Positions 40,051 to 48,651 of a stretch of DNA of 64,000 nucleotides are shown in pieces. The translations under genes and the position numbers were made by a program. This stretch comes from Nannocystis bainbridge (GTDB lineage: Bacteria; Myxococcota_A; Polyangia; Nannocystales; Nannocystaceae), in NCBI RefSeq assembly GCF_028368995.1, contig NZ_JAQNDL010000005.1, positions 656,619 through 720,618 of the forward strand, read 5' to 3'. Numbering within the stretch: the stretch's first letter is position 1; each line of letters begins with the position of its first letter. The notes beneath the pieces were generated by a model. The model was given only the letters and a program-made list of their open reading frames with translations. It searched no databases and was not told the DNA's origin.

Positions 40051-40434
40051 ATGCCATACGACCAGGGAGCGGCGAAACGGCTGCGCACGGCGGTGATGCG
40101 CGCCGGACCGAGAGGACTCATCGAGGAGCGCAAGATGTTCGGCGGCATCGCCCTGCTGGTCGACGGCAGCATCGCCTGGGGCGTGCTCGGCAGCGATCTC
40201 GTGATTCGTGTGACCGACACCGCCGCGGCGCTCGCCCGGCCGCACGCGCGCCCGTTCGACTTCACCGGCCGACCGTCGCGCGGGCTGGTGTACGTGGGGC
40301 CGCAGGGCTACGCGGAGGAGGGCGAGCTCGACGCGTGGGTCGCGCTGGGGATCGCCGGGGCGCAGGCGGCCGTCCGCACCAGGCGAGCGAAGCCACGAGC
40401 GAAGCCGCCAGCGCCGCGGGCCCGCGCGCGCTAG
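40051..40434 (+). CDS. TfoX N-terminal domain protein
   Basis: 'MPYD...ERKMFGGIALLVDG...RPFDFTGRP'. Confidence 0.85.
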   Translation: MPYDQGAAKRLRTAVMRAGPRGLIEERKMFGGIALLVDGSIAWGVLGSDLVIRVTDTAAALARPHARPFDFTGRPSRGLVYVGPQGYAEEGELDAWVALGIAGAQAAVRTRRAKPRAKPPAPRARAR

Positions 40435-40695
40435 GACGCCCGGACCTCGAAGACATGTCCTTCGGGACATGTCATCATGAGCCACGAGCGAAGTCCCGCG
40501 CGCCCGGACTTCGAGAACATGTCCTTCGGGACTGCTAACAGAGAGCCGCGAGCGAAGCCCCGCGCCCAAAGTTCGAGGACATGTCCTTCGAGACATCTCT
40601 TCGCTAGCCGCGAGCGAAGCCCGCCCGCGCGCCAGGACGCCCAGCCTTCGATGAGCCGTCCTTCGGGACAGCTCATCGAGAGCCACGAGCGAGCG
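40390..40695. repeat. BIME/REP-like composite repeat, about 4-5 units of ~62-90 bp
   Basis: 'AGCC(A/G)CGAGCGAAG' near 40391, 40480, 40544, 40606, 40681, alternating with '(CAT)GTCCTTCG(G/A)GAC' near 40454, 40518, 40580, 40658. Lies between convergent genes. Confidence 0.85.
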
Positions 40696-40748
40696 GCTCG
40701 ACGCGCGCACCGGGCCGCGCTCACCTGCGCGCGACCCGGTGCCACGAC

Positions 40749-41978
40749 TCAGTCGACCGAGACGCGGACCGGCAGGTCGCGGATGTCGCGGAAGATCGGG
40801 TGGTCGCCGTAGACCGGCGGGCCCGCCAGCTCGATCGTCGGATAGCGCGCGAGGAACTGCTGCAGCGCGCTCTCGGCCTCGAGCCGCGCCAGCGAGGCGC
40901 CGAGGCAGAAGTGCGGGCCGTGGCCGAACCACGGGCTCGAGCCCGTGCGCCGGCGGATGTCGTAGACGTCCGGGTCGGCCACGAACTCGGGGTCGCGCAG
41001 GGCGCTCTGCGTGTTGAGGAACACGGGCTGCCCGCGGTGGAAGTCGACGCCGTTCCAGCTGAACGGCTCCTCGACGAAGCGGGTCAGCCCGCCGCCGCGG
41101 CCGAACGCGTTGTAGCGCAGGGTCTCGTCGAGCGCGCTGCGGGCCAGCGACGGGTCCTCGCGCAGGATCGCCATCTGCTCCGGGTTCCGCAGCAGCTCCA
41201 TGATCGCGTACGTGGTGAGGTGCACCGTCGTGTCGGAGCCGCCGATGATGAGGCCGGCGATCAGCGACTCGAGCTCACCGTCGCTCAGGCGGTCGGCGTC
41301 GTCGCAGGCGCTGATGAGGTGCGTCAACAGGTCGTCGGCCAGCGGGTTCTCCCGGCGGTCGGCGATCACGGCGCGCACGATCTGGCGGCCGCGCGAGATG
41401 GCCGGCATGTACGACGCGAACACCTCCGGCGACAGGCCGGGGAAGATCGTGGCGATCAGGGCGTCGGCCATGGCGATGAACTCGGCCTCGGCGCCCGGCG
41501 GGATGTTGAGCATCGCCGCGATCACGCGCACCGGATAGTTCTGGGCGAAGTCGCGGAACACGTTGATGACGCCGCGCTCCGGCAGCTTCTCGAGCACCTC
41601 GCGGACGATCTCCACGACGCGGGGCCGGTGCGCCTCGAGCTGGCGCGGCCCGAACAGCGGGGTCACGAGCTTGCGCACCCGCGCGTGCGACTCGGGCCGC
41701 ATCACGAACAGGTCGTTCTCTCGCATCGCCACGAAGTCGGGATAGGCCGCGCGCAGCTCGTCCGAGAAGCCGCTGCCGAGCGTCGGATCGGTGACGAGCC
41801 GCGGGTCACGGATCAGCGCCATCACGTCGCGATAACGAAAGACGATGTGGCCCTTGGCCTGCTCCCACGCGTAGATCGGCGCCTGTTCGCGGAATCGTTG
41901 GAAGGTCGGATAGGGATCCTCGACGAACGCGGGGTCGAACGGATCGAACTTCAACTCGGACGTGACGCTCTCCAGCAT
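40749..41978 (-). CDS. Cytochrome P450
   Basis: I-helix 'GGSDTT', 'ETLR', heme motif 'FGHGPHFCLG'. Confidence 0.95.
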   Translation of the reverse strand: MLESVTSELKFDPFDPAFVEDPYPTFQRFREQAPIYAWEQAKGHIVFRYRDVMALIRDPRLVTDPTLGSGFSDELRAAYPDFVAMRENDLFVMRPESHARVRKLVTPLFGPRQLEAHRPRVVEIVREVLEKLPERGVINVFRDFAQNYPVRVIAAMLNIPPGAEAEFIAMADALIATIFPGLSPEVFASYMPAISRGRQIVRAVIADRRENPLADDLLTHLISACDDADRLSDGELESLIAGLIIGGSDTTVHLTTYAIMELLRNPEQMAILREDPSLARSALDETLRYNAFGRGGGLTRFVEEPFSWNGVDFHRGQPVFLNTQSALRDPEFVADPDVYDIRRRTGSSPWFGHGPHFCLGASLARLEAESALQQFLARYPTIELAGPPVYGDHPIFRDIRDLPVRVSVD

Positions 41979-42746
41979 CGGGCCGACGTAGCACACTCCC
42001 AGGAGAATCGACAGACTCCGGCGACCGCGCGCAGCTCGGGGAACCGCGCCCGCGACACTCGTGGAGCTGCCCATGCGGCGCCGAGCGACCTGCGCGCGCG
42101 CGAGCCCCCGCGCGTCGCGATGAAGTCACGCGATGCCGCAGGCGCGCACGCGAAGAGCCGATCGCCGCATTCGTCGCGGCGGCCCGCTGCTGTCATTCGA
42201 GCGAGGCGCGCTCCGCGACGCGGCAGAAATCACATGTCCCAAAGGCCATATAGAATTGCGAACATTTCTGCGGCCGCTCGCCCCCAAGCGCCCGTTCGCC
42301 ACCTGCGCATACCCGGGCCCGCCGCGGCCCATGACCGCCGCCACGCACCTACCGCGACGTGGCGCGAATCTCTCGCCGGCCGGGCCAGAGCTCGTGGCCG
42401 CGCCCTGCCCCGGCCACGAACGCGAGCCCGCGCCGACCGCAGATTGCAGCGAGCCGCGCGAGGCCGGCGAATGTGGCGATGATGGGCCGCTCGCGCCATT
42501 CGCAGAATGCGAGCACCGGCCGGATGGTGCCGGGCAGCGGCGACGTTCGCCGAGCTTGGTGATCGTCGCAGGCCGGTGACGTTGGACGGTCGCGTGCGGC
42601 GCTCGCACACGCCGGCACGCAGGCGTGGCTCCGCGCGCCCGCGCATGCCATGCGGCGCGCAGTCCGGCGCGCAGCGAGTCGTGCGCGCTCGCCGGAGCGC
42701 GCCGGTGACCGCCCGCTCGCGCCGCGCCGCGCCGGCGTGGGGGAGC

Positions 42747-44126
42747 TCATGGGCCATCGCAAAGGCCGTCGTGGTCGCCGTCGACCCCGCCGCTCTGCCA
42801 GCAGTGCAGCCAGGCGTCGAGGAACAGCCGCCGCTCGGCCACGAACGCGCGCATGTCCTCGACCTGATCGAGGTGCTGCTCGAGCGTGAAGGGTCGGTTC
42901 GGATCGTCGGCCGCGGCCGCGGCGATCTGCGCGGCCCAGGTGTCGAGGCGGTCCTGCAGCACCGCGACGTCGTAGCCGGTCGCCACGGCGAACGCGATCG
43001 CCTCGACGTAGCGGGCGAACCATGCCGGATCGGCGGTGGCGATGGCGTAGAACGGGCGTCCGTGGTGATTCTCCTTGATGTACGTGTACGGGTCGGTGTC
43101 GGGCTCCAGGCGCGTGAAGGTGTCGTCGAGGTCCCACGGGATGACGACGAAGCCGGAGCTCGGGTCGTTGTAGACGTACTGATTGAGCCCGCCGCCCCAG
43201 GCGCCGTCGCGGTCGGGGATCACGGCCTCGGTGGCCCACTCGAGCAGCGCCTGCTCGAGGTTCATCACCGCGAGCAGGTCCGCGACGGTCTCGGCGGCAT
43301 TCAGCTGCTCGACGTCGGCCTCGCTCGGGTCCTCCTCGTTGGTCTTCTTGTCCCAGCCCGAGCCGCCGCCGCCGCGCTTGTAGAGGTTGCCGCGCGGCGC
43401 CGCGAAGTTGCGCTCCAGGAACTCGCTGTCGACCTTCTCGATGTTGGTGAACAGGCCGTAGTAGGCGCCGTTGACGACCACGCGGATGTTGTTGGCGCAC
43501 GGCGCCGCGAGCCCGACGTCGCGCAAGATCGCCAGGGCCAGGCGGTCGCGCAGGAAGCTGCGGTTGTACTCGGCGGCGTCGAACAGCACGTGCTTGAGGC
43601 CCTCGAACCGGCCCGCGTCGTCGTAGGTGTTGAACGAGACCTCGAACTGCATCTTCTTCTGGTCGTGCCAGTGCGAGGCGTTGCCGCGCAGGCGCACGGA
43701 GGCGTCGGTGATCACGGTGTCGTCGACCTTGAAGCTCAGCAGCGGGTGCTCCTTCAGGTCGTCGTCGTCGGCGATCGCCCACTCCTGCTCGAGCCCGGCC
43801 AGCTCGGGCGGATCGATCTCCAGCTCCACCGTCGGGAGGCGCTCCTGGGCGTAGAACTCGGGGCACCCCTTCGGCTGCCACGCCGGCTCGCCGGTGGTCG
43901 TGCCGGGCGGGTCGCCGGTGGTCCCGGCCGGCTCGCCGCTCGCGGTCCCGCCGTCGCTCGCGGGCGATTCGCTCGTGCTGCCGGTCGTCGCCGCCTCGCC
44001 GGTCGTGGTCGCGGCGGGCGGGGGGGACGTCGTGCTGGTGCCGCCGTCGCTGTCACCGTCGGCGGCGGGCGGGTCGGGACATCCGGCGAGGATCGAGACT
44101 GCGAACACGGCCGATGCGGGGCGCAT
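42747..44126 (-). CDS. CotH-family kinase lipoprotein
   Basis: Lipobox 'ILAGC'; 'RLRGNAS', 'VNGAYYGLFTNIEKVD', 'GNLYK', 'IPWDLDDTF'. Confidence 0.85.
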   Translation of the reverse strand: MRPASAVFAVSILAGCPDPPAADGDSDGGTSTTSPPPAATTTGEAATTGSTSESPASDGGTASGEPAGTTGDPPGTTTGEPAWQPKGCPEFYAQERLPTVELEIDPPELAGLEQEWAIADDDDLKEHPLLSFKVDDTVITDASVRLRGNASHWHDQKKMQFEVSFNTYDDAGRFEGLKHVLFDAAEYNRSFLRDRLALAILRDVGLAAPCANNIRVVVNGAYYGLFTNIEKVDSEFLERNFAAPRGNLYKRGGGGSGWDKKTNEEDPSEADVEQLNAAETVADLLAVMNLEQALLEWATEAVIPDRDGAWGGGLNQYVYNDPSSGFVVIPWDLDDTFTRLEPDTDPYTYIKENHHGRPFYAIATADPAWFARYVEAIAFAVATGYDVAVLQDRLDTWAAQIAAAAADDPNRPFTLEQHLDQVEDMRAFVAERRLFLDAWLHCWQSGGVDGDHDGLCDGP

Positions 44127-44290
44127 GACAGAAGGCTGAGACCGCGACCCCGGGCGACAAGGGGAGCCCGTCACGCCCGCGCCGCGCCTGGTCCGAACGC
44201 GGGTCCGATCGCACGCGCAGGGACGCGAGCGTTCGACGCTCGTCACGAGCGCGGCGACGAACGCCGCCGGGCTCGATGCGCCTCGCCCTA

Positions 44291-45334
44291 TTATGCCGCG
44301 GGGGCCAGCTGCACGGCCGGCAGGCGCGCGGCGATCAGGTCGGCGAGGAAATCGGCGAACGGGACGCCGGCGGCGGCCAGAGCCATGCGGAAGCCGGAGC
44401 CGGGGCCGAGGTCGGGGTTGGCGTTGACGTCGATGACTTGCAGCGCGCCTTCGGCGGCCCGCAGATCGAAGCGGCAGTAACCGGTCATCCCGAGCAGCGT
44501 GGCCGCGCGCGTGCACACGGCCACGATCTCGGCGTGCACCGCCGGATCAAGGCCCCCGGCGATCTGGCTCTCGCTCGCCTGCGCCTCGGGCGAGGCCGTG
44601 TCCCACTTGGCGGTCCAGCCGACCACGCGCCGCTCGGGCGCCAGCGTCGGCGCGAACACGATCTGCCCCGGCGGCAGGACCAGGAGCCCGCGCGGGCCGG
44701 CGTGGTAGAGCGCGAGGTTGTACTCGGGGCCGTCGACGAAGGTCTCGATCAGCGCCGGCTGATGGTGCCGGGCCCACACCTGACGCGCGCGGGCCAGCGC
44801 CGCCTCGGCGTCGTCGCACACGCTGCCCGCGTCGACGCCGACGCCCCCGCCCTCGCGCGCCGGCTTGACGATGACCCGGCCCGCGGCCGCGCGGGCCAGC
44901 AATTCGCGGATGTCCTCGAGGACATGTTCTTCGGAGCAGCCGGGCGCGACGGCGAAGCCGGTCGGGGTCGGCACGCCGGTCTGGCGCAGGAACTGCTTGA
45001 CGAACGGCTTGTCCTGGCAGAGCGCGAGCGTCACCGGATCGCAGCCGCAGCAGGGGATCCCCAGCATGTCGAGGCCGAGCGCCAGGTGGGCCTCGAATCG
45101 CGTGCGGCCGATGGCGCCCTCGCACAGGTTGAACACCACGTCGGGCGCGAGCGCGCGGACGGCCGCCAGCGCCGCGGGCACCGAGTCACCGACCGGCACC
45201 AGGGTGCAGGCGTGCAGCGGAGCCAGCGCGGCGTGGACGTCGCGGGCGGTGGCCGCGAGCTCGGGCGCGCCGAGCGGCGCGGCCACCGGCGGATCGGAGA
45301 GGGGGGCGTCGTGATACGTGATGGCGATCCGCAT
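44291..45334 (-). CDS. D-Ala-D-Ala ligase-like ATP-grasp protein
   Basis: 'DVVFNLCEG', 'QDK', 'IVKPAREGGGVG', 'YCRFDLR', 'IDVNANPDL'. Confidence 0.85.
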   Translation of the reverse strand: MRIAITYHDAPLSDPPVAAPLGAPELAATARDVHAALAPLHACTLVPVGDSVPAALAAVRALAPDVVFNLCEGAIGRTRFEAHLALGLDMLGIPCCGCDPVTLALCQDKPFVKQFLRQTGVPTPTGFAVAPGCSEEHVLEDIRELLARAAAGRVIVKPAREGGGVGVDAGSVCDDAEAALARARQVWARHHQPALIETFVDGPEYNLALYHAGPRGLLVLPPGQIVFAPTLAPERRVVGWTAKWDTASPEAQASESQIAGGLDPAVHAEIVAVCTRAATLLGMTGYCRFDLRAAEGALQVIDVNANPDLGPGSGFRMALAAAGVPFADFLADLIAARLPAVQLAPAA

Positions 45335-45365
45335 GGGGCTCCGGCGAAGTAAGGGACGAAGGCAG

Positions 45366-46409
45366 CTAATGTTCGGGGGTCGAATGGCGGCGGTCGGGTC
45401 CGGCCCAGCGCCGGGTGGCGGCGCCGAGGATCCGGGCGATCAATTGGTCATAGCTCCAGCCGTGGCCGCGAGCGATGATCACGAGGTCGCTGCTGACCGG
45501 GTGGAGGCCGGGCAGCGGGTTGACCTCGATGAAGTTGGGGTCGCCGCGGCGGTCGCAGCGGATGTCGATGCGCGACAGGTCGCGGCAGCCGAACACGCGG
45601 TGGACGTCGAGCGCGAGCCCGCGGACGGCGTCGAGCCGGGCCGCGTCGAGGCGCCCCGACTGCAGCAGCTCGTCGGTCATGACGTAGCGGACCTGATTGA
45701 GGTAGTCGCGCTTGACCTCGAGCGAGTAGACAAAATCCTCGCCGCTGTCGGTCCGCGGGGTCACCTGCATCACGCCGACGACCTCGGCCGCGGCGCCGTT
45801 GCCGATCACGCCGACGGTGAACTCGTCGCCGGACAGGAACTCCTCGATCAGCACGGCCTGGCGGTAATCGTGCTGCAGCCCGGCCACGCGCTCGCGCAGG
45901 GCCGCCTCGTCGTGGCACACCGAGTTCTTGCGGATGCCCATCGACGAGCCCTCGGCGACCGGCTTGACGAACAGCGGATAGGCGAGGTCGACCGCCCCGA
46001 GCGCCTCGTCGGCGCCGACGATCTGGAACGGCGCGGTGCGGATCCCGTGGGCGGCGGCGAAGATCTTGGCGATGCCCTTGTCGAGCGCCAGCGCCAGCGC
46101 GAACGGCCCCGAGCCGGTGTTGGGGATCCCCAGCACCTCGAGCACCGCCGGGATCTGCGACTCGCGCCCGCGCCCGCCGACGCCCTCGGCGAAGTTGAAC
46201 ACCCCGTCGACGCGCCGCCCCGGCTCGGCCAGCGCCGCCAGCATCGGCTCGCCCCAGCCCAGCCGGTCGACCTCGTGGCCGAGGCTGCGCAGGGCGCGGT
46301 CGATGGCGTCGACGGTCTCGACCGAGTCGAACTCCTCGAAGCGATCGATCGGCTCGCCCGGCGAAGGACCGAGCTCGGGCTTGAGGTTGAAGGTCAGACC
46401 CAACCGCAT
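45366..46409 (-). CDS. D-Ala-D-Ala ligase-like ATP-grasp protein
   Basis: 'EEFDSVET', 'VFNFAEG..GRGRE', 'FVKPVAEGSSMG', 'RIDIR', 'EVNPLPGL'. Confidence 0.9.
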   Translation of the reverse strand: MRLGLTFNLKPELGPSPGEPIDRFEEFDSVETVDAIDRALRSLGHEVDRLGWGEPMLAALAEPGRRVDGVFNFAEGVGGRGRESQIPAVLEVLGIPNTGSGPFALALALDKGIAKIFAAAHGIRTAPFQIVGADEALGAVDLAYPLFVKPVAEGSSMGIRKNSVCHDEAALRERVAGLQHDYRQAVLIEEFLSGDEFTVGVIGNGAAAEVVGVMQVTPRTDSGEDFVYSLEVKRDYLNQVRYVMTDELLQSGRLDAARLDAVRGLALDVHRVFGCRDLSRIDIRCDRRGDPNFIEVNPLPGLHPVSSDLVIIARGHGWSYDQLIARILGAATRRWAGPDRRHSTPEH

Positions 46410-46837
46410 GCGACCTCCGTGGCGGCCGCCGAGACGCGCGGGGCCGGGCTACGAGGGGTCGCTACGCAGCGACCGGCGGCAGGGGGAGGTTTTGCGGACG
46501 ATGCACCCGGAGGTTCCAATGTGGCTTCTCGGGACGGAACCATAGCCACTTCGTCGCCGGGGGAAAGTAAAAATTTCGCGTCGCCCGCCCGAGGGCGCGA
46601 GACCGCGGACCGCGGGCCGGCGCCGCGGCGAGTCCCCGGCCGGTGTGAACTGTTGCGCGCAGGCGCGGACGGACGCGCCGCTCCCGTGGGCGCGGGGGTG
46701 AATCCTGGCGTGCTCCGCAGTGCGAGTTCGCGCCGGCTGCCGTCATTGTCCACAGTCGCGAGCGGGCCCGGCGCTGCCGCCATTGCGTACAGCGTACCTT
46801 GCGATCGGCACGCCGTTCCGCGGCCGACAGCCAGCCG

Positions 46838-47203
46838 TCATTCCGGCGAGCGCCCGCAATAGCGATGGACCAGCCCGAGCAGCAGGTCGAGGTCGATCGG
46901 CTTGCGCACGAACCCGGCCACCCCGGCGGGCGCGGCCTTGGGGTGCGCCGCGGACATCACCACCACCGGCAGCGCGAGCAATCGGTCGTGGTGGCGCAGG
47001 CGGTCGACGACCTGCCAGCCGTCGAGCACCGGCATCATCAGGTCGAGCAAGATGAGGCACGGCTCACGGTCCTCGCCGTGAAGGTAGGCCAGGGCCTCCT
47101 CGCCGTTGGCGACCCCGTGGACCAGGTAGCCCTCGCCCCGCAGCAGGTCGGCCACGCCCTCGCGGATGTCGTCGTCGTCCTCCACCAGCAAGATCGGCAG
47201 CAT
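46838..47203 (-). CDS. Single-domain response regulator
   Basis: 'ILLVEDDDD', 'LLDLMMPVLDG', 'MSA', 'RKP'. Confidence 0.9.
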   Translation of the reverse strand: MLPILLVEDDDDIREGVADLLRGEGYLVHGVANGEEALAYLHGEDREPCLILLDLMMPVLDGWQVVDRLRHHDRLLALPVVVMSAAHPKAAPAGVAGFVRKPIDLDLLLGLVHRYCGRSPE

Positions 47204-47375
47204 CGATCTTACGATGGGAGCAATGAGCGGCCCCGACAAGCGCGGCCGAGGTCGCTGCGCATATTGCGAGCCATCCAGGCCCAGCGGGGCCGCGCAGGCC
47301 CACGCGGCGGGTTTTGGCCGGACCACGTCGCCGGGCCGGCGCGCGCCCGGCGATGGCCACACGATCGAAGGCACC

Positions 47376-48497
47376 ATGTCCCTCGATGCCGTGACTTGCG
47401 CCGACGACGCCGGACTCGTCTACGTGACCGACGCGAAGCCGGGGCTCCGTCGCCGCCGCGCCGGCACCGGCTTCGCCTACCGCGACGCCAAGGGTCGCCC
47501 GATCAAGGACGCCGAGGTGCTCGCGCGCATCCGCCGGCTGGCGATCCCGCCGGCCTGGACCGACGTGTGGATCTGCCCCGACCCGCGCGGCCACATCCAG
47601 GCGGTCGGCCGCGACGCTCGCGGGCGCAAGCAATACCGCTACCACCCGCGCTGGCGAGAGGTCCGCGACAGCACCAAGTACGAGCGCATGCTGGCGTTCG
47701 CGGCGGCGCTCCCGGCGATCCGCGCCCGCGTCGACCGCGACCTCCGCCGCCCCGCGCTCGACCGCGACAAGGTGCTGGCGACCGTGGTCCGCCTGCTCGA
47801 CACCACCCACATCCGCATCGGCAACCCCGAATACGCCAGCTCCAACGATTCGTACGGGCTGACGACCATGCGCGACCGCCACGTGAAGATCCACGGCCAG
47901 CACATCGAGTTCCGCTTCCGCGGCAAGTCCGGCAAGGAGCACCGGGTCGCCGTCGACGACGCCCGCCTGGCCAAGGTCGTCCGCAGCTGCCGCGACGTGC
48001 CGGGCCAGGACCTGTTCCAGTTCTACGACGACGCCGGCACCCACCACGCGATCGGCTCGGCCGACGTCAACGCCTACCTGCGCGCCTGCTCGGGCGACGA
48101 GTTCAGCGCCAAGGACTTCCGCACGTTCGCCGGCACGGTGCTGGCGGCCCACGAGCTGTGGCGGGCGCCGCGGCCGGAGCAGAAGGGCCGGCGCAAGCAG
48201 GCGGTGACGCGGGCGATCGAGCAGGTCGCCGGCTGCCTCGGCAACACGGTGACGGTGTGCCGCAAGTGTTACGTGCACCCCTCGGTGCTCGAGGCCTACG
48301 AGGACGGCGCGTCGCTGCCGACCTCGCTGCGCGGCCCGAAGGCCTACCAGGCGCTGCGGGCCGACGAGCGCCGCGCGGTCGCCCTGCTGCTCGAGCGCCA
48401 GCGGACCGCCGGCCAGCGCACGCTGTCGGCCCGCCTGGCGGCGTCGCTGAAGCAGCGCCAGTCGGCCCGCCACGCCGAGGTGCGCCAGGCGGCGTGA
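47376..48497 (+). CDS. Bacterial DNA topoisomerase IB
   Basis: 'IPPAWTDVWIC', 'GRKQYRYH', 'RIGN', 'FRGKSGK', 'KDFRT', 'LGNT..VCRKCYVHP'. Confidence 0.93.
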   Translation: MSLDAVTCADDAGLVYVTDAKPGLRRRRAGTGFAYRDAKGRPIKDAEVLARIRRLAIPPAWTDVWICPDPRGHIQAVGRDARGRKQYRYHPRWREVRDSTKYERMLAFAAALPAIRARVDRDLRRPALDRDKVLATVVRLLDTTHIRIGNPEYASSNDSYGLTTMRDRHVKIHGQHIEFRFRGKSGKEHRVAVDDARLAKVVRSCRDVPGQDLFQFYDDAGTHHAIGSADVNAYLRACSGDEFSAKDFRTFAGTVLAAHELWRAPRPEQKGRRKQAVTRAIEQVAGCLGNTVTVCRKCYVHPSVLEAYEDGASLPTSLRGPKAYQALRADERRAVALLLERQRTAGQRTLSARLAASLKQRQSARHAEVRQAA

Positions 48498-48525
48498 GCG
48501 ATCCGCCCGTGACAAAGTTTGTTCG

Positions 48526-48613
48526 CATGTGCGATTGGACATGCGCTTGAGAGCATGACCTCCAAGACATGCTCGATGGGGCATGTCCCATCGATCATGT
48601 CCTTTCGGACATG
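48526..48613. repeat. 14-bp-period CATG array (7 CATG, divergent spacers)
   Basis: CATG at 48526, 48540, 48554, 48568, 48582, 48596, 48610. Lies between convergent genes. Confidence 0.92.
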
Positions 48614-48651
48614 CCCGATGCTCTCTGCCGACCCGGACCGCCGCGTCGGCC

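Noticed and set aside
47376-48497. Tyrosine recombinase or integrase marking a mobile element
   Set aside because: Motifs match bacterial topoisomerase IB; no att sites or other mobility genes.
48526-48613. CATG-N10 arrays and the 40390-40695 repeat as CRISPR arrays
   Set aside because: The constant part is only 4-10 nt with a 14-nt period, or is degenerate with irregular spacing; no 23-47-nt identical repeats and no cas genes.
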